Below the pieces are notes generated by a model, which was given only the letters and a program-made list of their open reading frames with translations, made no database searches and had not been told where the DNA came from. Of a stretch of 64,000 nucleotides of DNA, positions 40,443 through 51,600 are shown one piece after another. The DNA comes from a virus. Numbering within the stretch: position 1 is the first letter of the stretch; each line of letters opens with the position of its first letter. A program made the translations under genes and the position numbers. The DNA lies in IMG/VR virus record IMGVR_UViG_3300045007_000107, positions 37,702-101,701 of that record; one strand, given 5' to 3'.

Positions 40443-41146
40443 TGCTTTCCGAGGACGTACAGCGCCTAGACGTAGGGAAATACGTCGAACTCTTTACCCT
40501 GGACTTCACGAAGATCGGCGGGCAGGTGCTCTACCTGACCCCGAATTCGAAGGAGGACGGCAACGGGCTCCGGTTCCAGGGCAAGGTCTACGCGCCGGCC
40601 GCTATCATGGCGGACGGTTTCGACGTGTCGGCCAAGGGTCCGCTCCCCACGCCGACCCTGCGCATCACGAACACTGTCCGATCCCTGACGGCTATCGTCA
40701 ACGACCTTGGCGACTGCAAGGGTGGGATAATTACGCGCATCAAGACGCTAGAAGCTTATCTCGATGGCGAACCGACCGCCGACCCGAGCGAGCACTTCCC
40801 GCTCGACATCTACAAGATCCGTCAGATGACGGGCATGAACAAGAGCATCATCGAGTGGCAGCTTGCTGCCGCTATCGACGTGCAGGGCGTCGAGGTTCCG
40901 CGTCGCAAGGTGTCGGCCGCTCACTGTGGGCGCATCTATCGCAAGTACAACGCCGCGACAGACTCTATGGACAACTCGAATGCCTCGTGTCCGTACGCGG
41001 GCACGAATTACTTTGACATCAACGATAAGCCCACGACGAAAGACAAGGATCGCTGTTCCAAGTTCTTGACCGGTTGCAAGCTGCGGTTCGGTCGAGGCGG
41101 TCTGCCCTCATGGGCTTTCCCCGGCGCTGGCAAGTACGCCAAGTAG
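40439..41146 (+). CDS. Minor tail protein L
   Basis: VELFTLDF, GF..S.KG.LP.P.L, C...C...DRCSK..GCKLRF. Confidence 0.88.
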   Translation: MMLSEDVQRLDVGKYVELFTLDFTKIGGQVLYLTPNSKEDGNGLRFQGKVYAPAAIMADGFDVSAKGPLPTPTLRITNTVRSLTAIVNDLGDCKGGIITRIKTLEAYLDGEPTADPSEHFPLDIYKIRQMTGMNKSIIEWQLAAAIDVQGVEVPRRKVSAAHCGRIYRKYNAATDSMDNSNASCPYAGTNYFDINDKPTTKDKDRCSKFLTGCKLRFGRGGLPSWAFPGAGKYAK

Positions 41147-41155
41147 GAGCCACTA

Positions 41156-41956
41156 ATGACCATTGGCACTGTAGATTTCTACCAGCAGGTAAACGGCCTC
41201 TACCCCGTCGATCAATCGGCGGTTAATGACGCCTGCACCCATGCTCTTGAGCAGTACCCGAACGAGAGTTGCGGGATCGTCTACAAGGGTAAGTATCACC
41301 CCTGCGAGAACATCCATGAGAGGCCGCAGGAGGACTACCAGATCGGGGTCAAGGAACAACTGTCCATCTGCGCCCCGGATCAGATCGAAGCGGTCATCCA
41401 CTCGCACCCGAGGGGCAACGAAGGGTTCACGGCAGCGGACCTCCGGTCGCAGATCAGCGCGAACGTCCCCTTCGGCGTGATCGCCGTAAAGGACAATCGC
41501 GTTATCGACGTGCTGTTCTGCGGGGATCAAGTCAAGATCGCCCCCTACGACGGCCGCCCCTTCAAGTCGGGCATGTACGACTGCTTCGGGGACGCGCGCG
41601 ATTGGCTGCGCCAGGAGCGTAAGCTGTTGCTCCCGAACTACCCCCGCGATCCCAACTGGTGGTCCGACCCGAAGTCGCCCGAACTTCTCGAAGACAAGAT
41701 GGAAGCGGCCGGGTTCTACGAGATCGGGATCGAGGCGCTGCGTCCCGGCGACGCCTTCCTCGCCAAGCCCTTCCGTGCCCTTAAGGTGTGTCACTGCGGC
41801 ATCTACCTGGGCGACGGCCTGATCTATCACCACTACGGCACGCCGGCTTCGGATCGGCTGTCGTTGACCGAGAGCATCTACGACATGCAGAGGTACATCA
41901 CGCGGTATATCCGCCACCGTGACCTCGACGTGCAGCCGTCTGCAAGCGGGAGTTAA
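41156..41956 (+). CDS. Tail assembly protein K (JAB/MPN plus NlpC/P60)
   Basis: YPNESCG, HSHP...D, DC, HCGIYLGDG..HH. Confidence 0.88.
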   Translation: MTIGTVDFYQQVNGLYPVDQSAVNDACTHALEQYPNESCGIVYKGKYHPCENIHERPQEDYQIGVKEQLSICAPDQIEAVIHSHPRGNEGFTAADLRSQISANVPFGVIAVKDNRVIDVLFCGDQVKIAPYDGRPFKSGMYDCFGDARDWLRQERKLLLPNYPRDPNWWSDPKSPELLEDKMEAAGFYEIGIEALRPGDAFLAKPFRALKVCHCGIYLGDGLIYHHYGTPASDRLSLTESIYDMQRYITRYIRHRDLDVQPSASGS

Positions 41957-41958
41957 CC

Positions 41959-42684
41959 ATGCAGGTTCAGCACAAGGTTCGCCGCAAGGTCCACCTTCAC
42001 GGTCGGCTTCGGGCCGAGTTCGGGGACAGCTTCACCATGGCTGTCTCTTCGCCTGCGGAGGCTATCCGCTTACTGGAAGCTAATTTTCCCGGCCGGTTCT
42101 GTGAACTGCTTAAGGAGGGATCGTGGCATGTCGTCGTTGGAGACCCTGGAAACGATAACCACTATTACGCCGAAGACCGGGTCTCGTTCGAGTCCGCGCG
42201 CGGTGACATCCACTTCATCCCCGCCCTCTACGGCTCCGGCAGTAACAGCAAGGGCCTCATCAGCGCCATCGTCGGCGTGGCCCTCGTTGCACTGGCTTTC
42301 GTCACCGTTGGTACCTCGCTCTTTGTCGGCGCTGGCATTGCCGGGGCTGGCGCTGGCTTTGCTGGCCTCGGCGTATCGACGGGTTTTCTAGGCGCTACCT
42401 GGGGCTCCGTAGCGCTGTTCGGCGCTTCGCTGGCCTTCTCCGGTATCGCGAGCCTGCTGACGCCCACTCCGAAGCAACAGAAGTCGCCGGATCGTATCGA
42501 CAACGCCTTCTTCAATGGCGGCTACAACAGTACCGCCGAGGGTGGTTGTGTTCCCGTCATCTATGGCCGCGTCAAGAGCGCGAGTAGCGTGCAGATCCAG
42601 TTGAGCACCCGTATGGAAAAGCTCGACCCGACTGCCACGTCCGTCAAGACCAACCCCATCTATGACGGCCCCGAAGCCGCGTAA
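41959..42684 (+). CDS. Tail assembly protein I
   Basis: LHGRL..FG...SPAEAIR; GCVPVIYG. Confidence 0.85.
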   Translation: MQVQHKVRRKVHLHGRLRAEFGDSFTMAVSSPAEAIRLLEANFPGRFCELLKEGSWHVVVGDPGNDNHYYAEDRVSFESARGDIHFIPALYGSGSNSKGLISAIVGVALVALAFVTVGTSLFVGAGIAGAGAGFAGLGVSTGFLGATWGSVALFGASLAFSGIASLLTPTPKQQKSPDRIDNAFFNGGYNSTAEGGCVPVIYGRVKSASSVQIQLSTRMEKLDPTATSVKTNPIYDGPEAA

Positions 42685-42696
42685 GGATAGAAGAAA

Positions 42697-45600
42697 ATGG
42701 CCTCGAACACCCGCGCTCCGGTCCAAGTCTCTGACAACCTCAAGTCCAAGGCGACGATGAGGCTGATCGACCTTCTATCCGAGGGTCCGGTCCAGGGCTT
42801 CGTCAATCCGTTTCAGTCGATCAAGGCGGACGGAGTGCCGGTGCAGACGCCCGGTGGTAGTTTCAACATCACGAACTGCCGTATCTCCTTCCGTGACGGC
42901 CAGCCGGTGCAGCGGCCGATCCCCGGCTTTACCGATACCGAGAACGACCGTCCCGTCAACAAGCCCGTGTCCACGCGCAGCAACAGCGTCGGCAAGGTGT
43001 ACGTCGATAACGGGGGCGCGGGCTACACCTACGCCAATGTTACGCTGGTGGGCGGCCTCGGCCAACCGGGCAAGAAGGACGACGGTTCCCCGTGGGTTCC
43101 GACCGCTGGCGCGACCGCTCATGCGGTGATCTCGGGCGGTCGCATCGTTGACATTGTCATCGACATTCCGGGCGAGAACTACATCACGCCCCCGACTGTG
43201 CAGATTTCGGGCGACGGTACCGGAGCCTCGGCTTCGGCTGAACTCACGAACACGGCCTTCTATCGTGTCGAGGACCCGCTTGCGGATGCGGTGCGCGTCG
43301 GTGTACGTACGGGTCCGATGCAGCTTACGAACGACTACGGAGACGTGGCGGGCTACTATGTGAGCCACCGCGTGGAGTACCGCACGCAGGCCGCTCCGCG
43401 CTGGCGCATGGCTGCTTTCGATAGCAGCTTCCTCCCGTCGAATGGCGGTGAGACGCTGGCAACGACGGCGATCCGCAAGCTGGTCACCGTCATGGTTCCA
43501 GCGCGGTCGTCCTACACGTTGCGCCTCTTTGGCAGCAACATGACCACGGGTCGATACGATCAGCAACTCAAGGTCGTCACGGGCTACAATGCCAGCGATG
43601 CGCCGACCCTGATCTACGAGACCATCACCGCGCTCGACCTCGAATTCGGCGTTTGGTACTCGGTCGTTGCGGCGGACGGCAATGCCCCCGTCGAGGTGTT
43701 GCAGGATACCTACCTCAACCTCGTCACGCCCGACGTGCAGATCAACGGTAAGACAAGCTCCGGCGTGGGCGAGTCCTACCGTTTCGACATCCCCACCGAT
43801 CAGGGGTGGGTCGATGTGCGCTGCATTCGCACGAGCACCGACGACTTCACGAAGTACCACACCTCGTCACTGATCTTCGACGTTTGCACGGAGATCCAAT
43901 CCTCCACGATGATGTACAGCGACAGCGCTGTCGTCGGATGGGAGCTTGATGCCGACTACATGAACGCGGTGCCGAAGCGCACCTACGACATCTATGGCCG
44001 CATCGTCCGTGTGCCGTCGAACTACGATCCGGCCGCGCGCGCCTATGGTCCGTTTTGGGATGGTACGTTCAAGTACGCGTGGACGGACAACCCGGCCTGG
44101 ATCTTCTTCGACCTCCTGACCCATGACCGCTACGGCCTCGGCAACTGGATCGATGACAGCGTTATCGATAAGGGCGCGCTGTACCTGATCGCCAAGCACT
44201 GTGACGAACTCGTCCCCGGCAACGAGGCCGGTACGTTCGTTCCGCGCTGGACGTTCAACAAGCAGATCATGACCGCCAATGAGGCGTACTCCGTCCTCAA
44301 TACGATGGCGTCCGTCTTCAAGGGAATGATCTACTGGTCGGCCGGCACCATCTTTGCCACCCAGGATCGTCCCGGCCCTGTACGGCGCACGGTCTCCCCG
44401 TCCAAGGTCATTAACGGAGATATCAGCTACGTGGGTGTGTCGGCAGCGGCCGAGCACTCCGTGGCGCGCGTCGAGTACAACGACGAGACCCGCGAGGACG
44501 GCAAGGGTATCGAGATCTACGAGGACCCGGAGCTTATCGAGAAGCTGGGTTACGTTCCGACCGATATCGTGGCGTTCGCCTGCACCTCGCGGCACGAGGC
44601 TCGTCGCGTCGGCAAGTGGCTTATCGACAGCGAGAAGTACGCGAACAAGGTTGCGACCTTCCGCGCGGGCTGGGACTTCGCCGACGTGGTGCCCGGCGAC
44701 ATTGTCGCTATCGCGGACCCGAATTATGCCGGTGTGCGCCAGGGTGGTCGTTTCGTGCAGACGGCTGCAAGCTCGGTCAAGCTTGATGCCCCCTACGAGT
44801 TCGAAGCCGGCCAGAACTACACCCTGACGGCCGCGATCCCGACCATGGGCCGGGTCAATGCTGTGCGCGGCAACCCGACCATCCAGGGCAACCGCACCTT
44901 TTGGGCGCACCCGATCTATGGTCTCAAGCCCGATGACCTGATCATCTTCGGCACCGATCCGAAGCAGTACAAGGTGCAGACGGTCAACGGCAACGGACAG
45001 ATCACGCTCGATCAGCCCTATGTCGGCGATCAGACGCGGGGCGTTCACTGGACGGTGCTGCGCGGCAGTTCGTTCTATCAGTCCTCGTTCGTGAACCTGC
45101 TGGAAGTGCCCGTCAACCATCCCGGCGCGGTCACGACGGATCAGATTACCCTCTCTCACCCTCTGCCGGTTGTCCCGCAGGTTGGGGCCGATTGGCTCTT
45201 GTCCGCCTCCAACGTTGTGCCGCGTCAGTTTCGCGTGCAGAGCGTGCGTCCCGTCGATAAGGGCCGCTTCGAGATCGTTGCTCTTGAGCACGACCCGAAC
45301 AAGTACCTGCGTGTCGAGCAGGATATCGCGATCCTGCCGCCGATCACGACGAACATCCCTGACGAGCCAGTACAGACCCCGAAGAACCTCGACATCACCG
45401 AGAGCCGCTTCCTGCGCCGCAATGTTTCGTTGCAGCGCATTACGCTTTCGTGGGAAGATGGGTCGGTGTTCTCGCCGGCTTCGGGCTACTACATCTCGGC
45501 GCGTCTGCCTGATGGCACGTTCGAGCAGTTGGGCTTCACGTCCAACCTGTCCTTCGATTACGACGAACCGGCCCCCGGTGACTACACGTTTTATGTAACG

Positions 45601-48600
45601 GCCCTCGGCACCTCGGGCGACTACTCGCAGCCGGCCGAGAAAGAGTACACGGCGATCCTGTGGGAGGGTCAAGCTGGTCCCTACATCACGAACCTTGCCG
45701 TTGTCGGCGGGTATGGTCCGCAGGCGCAGTTCTTCCAGGGCCGCGCGCCCGTCATCAAATGGGACGTAACGTTCCCGGCCGATGTGCCCGCCTACGCCAC
45801 CGAGAGCGTGATCCGTATCTATGACGCGGATACCGATGCTCTCTTGCGCATCGTGCAGACGGCTGCAAGCACCTACACCTACGCTTTCGAGGACAATTAC
45901 GAGGACGGCGGCAAGCGTCCGCGCCGCAAGATGCGGTTCAGCGTTACGGTCAAGGACGTGGCCGGTCGCGAGAGCGCACCGAAGGTCGTGATCGCCTACA
46001 ACCCGCCCCCGGATGCGGTCGATGTCGAACTCGGCAGCACATCCGAGTTGCTGTCGATCACCGTTACGGGCACGGGCGATCCCGATCTCGCAGGCTACCT
46101 GATTTGGGTCTCGCAGGAACCGGGCATCAACACCTATACTACGCCGCCGACCCTGGACATCACGACGCAGTCCGCGCTCGTGCGCGCGACGCCGAACGCA
46201 ACGTACTATGTGCGCGCAGCGGCCTACGATGTATTCGGCAAAGATCCGGCCTACCTCAACGCTTCTGTCGAGAAAAGCAAGAAAATCACGATCCAGATTT
46301 TTGACCCGGAGCCGCCTTCGATCCCCGGTCAGCCGGTACTTGTGTCAAACACCGCCGAGGTTTCTACGGACGGCGTGATCTCTTCGCGGATCGTGTTCTC
46401 GTGGCCCGCTGTCACCTCGACCAATCTCGGCTATTACGAAGCGTACATGGCCGTTGGAGGCAACCCCTCCTCGGACCAGTACGTCGGCGGCTTGACGACG
46501 GAAGGGACGGAGATCTCTGTTCCTGGCCTCATGCCGGGGCGGGTCTATAGCTTCGTTGTGCGCGCGCACAGTAAGAACGGGTTTGCTGTTTCCGAACCGT
46601 CGCCGGTTCTCGTGGTTACGGCTGCGCTGAACACGACGGCCCCGTCTGCCCCGACCGACTTTCATGTCGAGCCGAGCTTCGAGGCAGCTAATCTGACATG
46701 GACGAACCCGCCCGAGCGTGACTTGCGTGGGATTGAGGTGTGGGTCGGTACCCAAGAAGGCGATGGTACTCTCTTTACCGAAGTACCCGCGCCCGGTTCG
46801 TTCTTTCGCTATCCGATGAATGGGGCAACGACACGGGCATTCTGGATTAGGGCTATCAACACGTCAGGAACCCCGTCCGGTTGGGTGGGTCCGATCTCCG
46901 CAACTAGCCCGCTGATCCAGGCGGCGCAGCTTGCCAACGAAATCATCGATGATACCAAGGTCGCCGCGTCGCTTCTGATCAACAAGACGGTGAACGAGCT
47001 TCCGGCCACGAAGGGTTCGGAGCAGGTCACCTATCAGGGTAAGGTCTATCGCTGGGACGCGGAAACCGGCGGCTACGTGCCGCTGATCCGCACGCTCGAT
47101 CTATCGGGCGTGATCCTGGCCGAGCAGATCGACAGCGTAAATAAGGAGGCGATTGCTGCCGCGCTCGCGGAGTCCAAGATCAAGACCGATCAGCTTGATG
47201 GCAAGCTCGCGGCAACACAAATCGCCGGTCAGTTGACGGGCGACCAGATCGAGAACTTAGCTATTACGGCCGCTAAGTTCGCTCAGGGGCTTTCGCCCAT
47301 CCAAGATGTGACTGCCCTTCCCGACCTTGCGACGTGGAATGGTGCGTCCTTCGTTCGACTGACTGTGGACGGTAAGCTCTACCGTATCGTCAATGGCGCG
47401 TGGACGAAAAACGTCGATATCAGCGACACCGTAGGCACTGTACCAGAAAATCGTCTACCGGACATCAGTGCGTCCAAGCTCTATGGCGATCTCGATCAAG
47501 CGCGGATCAAAACGCTTGAAGTCTCGAAGCTCACCGGTAAGATGTCGGCGGATCAGCAGCTTGAGCTTGATGCCGCGAAGATCGCCGGTCAGTTGACCCA
47601 GGCTACTATGGGGCTCGCCCAAGTGGTGGGTACTGTCAACGGCCAGTTGGTTAACGATCAGATCGCGGCTGGTCTCAACGCTGCCAAGGTGTCCGGTGCG
47701 CTTGACTATGCGTACCTAGCGGCCGAGAACCTGTCCACCACGATCAAGACCACGAACATCGCTGACAATGCGATCACAACCCCGCTCATCAAGGCGGGTG
47801 CTGTCGTTGCGGAGCACGTCGCCGCGCAACAGATTACGGCGTCCAAGCTGCTCATCACTGACATGTCGAACATGGTCCTCAATGGGGACTTTGGTGGATC
47901 GGCAGAGGTAGGTAGTCTCGAAGCGTGGACCCTAGCCAACGGGCAGATTTCGACCTCTGATGATGCGGATCTGGGCGGTAAGCATCGCTTTCGCACGACT
48001 GCACGAGATGCGGCGTTCTCCAACTACATCCACTGTGCCGAAGGAGACGACATCTACGCTTCCGCGATGAACTGGAATGCCTCTAACTACAAGGTCAACC
48101 TCTTTATCGTCTTCGAGAGCGATGCCTTAAGTGGTGCTGCCAGATACAGTTTTTGGCAGGTCGCATCTCGCGATCCCCAGCAAAACTCGTGGCTTAAGCT
48201 AGAAGGCCGGGCTAAGTGTCCGGGCGGCTACAACAAGTTCCGCGTTCTGTTGCAGAGTGACCGTGAGGGTAATGGTGACGGGACGGCTGTCTTTTGGGGC
48301 AAGGTGACGGCGCGGCGCGCGGCCTCGGCTCAGATGATCGTTGATGGTGCTATCATCGCCGATAAGATCGACACCAACGCAGTTAAGGCCCGGCACATCA
48401 CGGCAGGTTCCGTCACTGCGTCTAAGATGTCTATCGTGTCGGCGAACATGGCGTTCAACCCTGACATGTCACAAGGCACGAGGGGGTGGAGGCAGACATG
48501 GGAGCCCAACGTCCCCAACGGCTCAGCTCTTTCCGTGAGCAACGACTACGCACCGGCTGGACATAAATCGCTCGCTATCCATGGTATCGGCAATCTCCCC

Positions 48601-51600
48601 GCCAACGCTATTGTACAAGTCGCTAACCAGTACCTTACACCGGAAGGAGAGTACCGTAATTACACCATTACCCCGGATGCGACCTATGAGCTGTCGGCTT
48701 ACCTCTCTACGCATCGCTGCTCGGGCCATCTGGTTGCTGTCGCTATTGACGATAATGGCAATACTGTAGGCGAATGGCACTCGAACCACATCGTTTATCG
48801 CGATAATTGGCGAGGTTCTTACGAGGATTTCCCGAGAGGGAAGGTTGTTTTCACCGTACCCTCCACCGCTCGGTTATTGCACGTGGTCGTTAGGCTCGTA
48901 GACCCTACCGGACCGGACCCTTACGTCTTTGTTTCGGCGTTGATGCTCGCGTCCAGTGTAGCAGGTCGGACAGTTGAGGACGTGAGCCCCTACGTAGCCC
49001 CTGGTCTGACCACGATTGACGGCGGGAATATCTACACGAACTCGCTTCACGCTAACAAGATCATCGCGGATAGCATCACGGCGCGCGAGATCCACGCGGA
49101 CGCTATCGAGACTAGGCATATCAAGGCCGGCGCGATTGAGACCTCGCACATGGATGCGGGTTCGATCAACGCCGATATCTTGGTTTCGGGTAGTGTCAAA
49201 GCCTTGCAGCTATCTGCAAGCGCTGTGACTGCGTCCAAGCTCGGCATCGTGTCGAGCAACATGGCGTACAACCCTGACTTCTCGCAGGGCACGCGCGGCT
49301 GGGTTCATCGCGGTGGCGATTTGCCCGGTATCCAGCCGCAGTACGTCGAACGCAATATGTACGCCCCGGACGGTCATGCTTCCATTGTCCTGTTCGCATC
49401 CGTGACTGCTGCTAACGCGGCGGGGAAATACTACGATATCGGCACGTATCGTATTAGTGCTAACGAGGCTACTGAGACGTATCGAGTGACGCCCGACGTA
49501 TGTTACGAGTTCTCGTGCTGTGTCTCGACGCACCGCTGTGCTGCGCAGCTATTTGTGCAATGGTTCGACGCCAACGGGAACCATATTGCCTTCACGGGCA
49601 CAGACCCGAGTGTGTCGGATACGCAGGTTAATCGCGGGACCTACGCCGACTACCCGAAGCTGAAACATATCGTGTGGGCTCCCGCCGGAGCGGCCACAGC
49701 CGCTCCGTTCGTCCGCATGATGAATGTAATCGCGGACACGCCCTACGTATTCATCTCGTGTTTCATGATGGCGGCAACCCGTAAGGATGCGGCAGAGACA
49801 AGCCCCTACGTCGTGCCGGGCGTTACCACGATTGACGGCTCGGGTATCATCACGAACTCGTTGGAGGCTGGTAAGATCACAGCCGGGACGATCACGACCC
49901 GTGAACTTAATGTCACCAACATCTTCGCCGACACGGCGGTCATCAGCAACATCTCCGCGAAGGTCTTGGTCACGGATGCGATCAAGACCGATATGATTAA
50001 GGCGGGACAGATTACGGGCAGTAAACTCCTGATTGCCTCGGCCAATATGGCGTACAACCCGGATTTCTCGCAAGGTTTGCGCGGTTGGTACGCCTATTAC
50101 GGTCAGTATGCTGCGAGTGAGGTTGTCGAGTTTGGCATCAACACCGATTGGTGCCCGACCGGTTTCAAGGCCGCCATGGTTCGCACAACGCGCACGGGGC
50201 CACAGCCTGACACCCGCTTCGGGTTACAGCAGGGTCTTGTACGGGCGGACGGTTCCTTGGGCGACTACCCGGTTATAGCGGGTTCTACCTACGAGTTCTC
50301 GGCATTCATGTCGAACCACCGCTGTGAGGCGTGGATCTACGTTGACTTCGTGTCTAGGAATGCCAACGGTACATCCAACTATCTGCAAACCTCTATCGGT
50401 ACGCTGCCGAACGGATCGGGCGGGGGTGCGGGCGGCGACCCGGCGACCTATCCGCGCATTCGTCTCGTCGCAAAGGCACCTGCCGGGGCAACGTATGCCA
50501 TCGTCTACTTCATGGGTAATAATCCCTCTGGACCAGACGTGCCTTACCTCTTCGTCTCGGGCTTCATGATGGCGGCCTGCCGGGAGGGGATGCCGGCGGC
50601 CGAGACCAGTCCCTATGTCGCGCCGGGCATCACATCCATCGATGGTAGCACGATCATAACGAACACGATCAAGGCACGGCATATCGAGGCGGGCTCGATC
50701 AATACCGGGCACATGACGGCCAATACCATCGACGCCAAGGTACTGACGAGCGGCTCCATCGTGGCTGGCAAGCTCGCTGCGGATGCGGTCGAGGCGATCA
50801 ACATTAAGGCTGATGCGATCACGGCCTCGAAGCTGTACCTGACCGATCTGTCCAACATGGTGCAGAACGGGGACTTCCTCGACGGCACTTCCGAGGGTTG
50901 GTGGCTCTACGGTGATGGACATATCAACACCAGCGGTACTCCGGGTGAGCCTGGGGGTAAATGGCGCTGCGTTGGGTCAAGCGAATACGTTATCGCCCGT
51001 TCGAGCAAGTGGGTCCAGGTGAACCCTGGCGACGTACTCTACGCTTCGGTGATGGTATTTAACAACAAGCCCGGATCAGGTGCTGCGGGCCTCTACTTCG
51101 AAATGTATAATCAGGAGGATGGCGACGGGCAAGGCTCGCACATCTACACGAACCAGCACTTCGGTTGGGTGCGTGTCGAGGGCCGGGTTACCGTCCCTGC
51201 CGGTCGGCAGAAGGTTCGTGTCTGTCTCTTCGCAGACTACCCGGACCCCGGTCAGTACACGTACTTCGGCAAGGTTCAGGTGCGCCGTGCTAACAGCGCC
51301 GAGATGATCGTTGACGGTGCGATCACCGCCAACAAGATCGAGGCAAGAGCGATCAAGTCCGGGCATATCGATACGGATACGATCAACGCAGGCCATATCA
51401 CCACGGGCGCCATCGGCACGGATGAGCTTGCCGCAGGGGCGATCACAGCCGACAAGATCGCGGTCGGCCTCAACACCGGCAACCTGATCTGGAACTCTGA
51501 CTTTGCTCTAAATGGCTTCTGGCAGGGGCCTGCCACCTCTCCGGGCTACACGGATATCCAAGTTTACCGTGACACAACTTGGCACATCTCGGGCACCGAG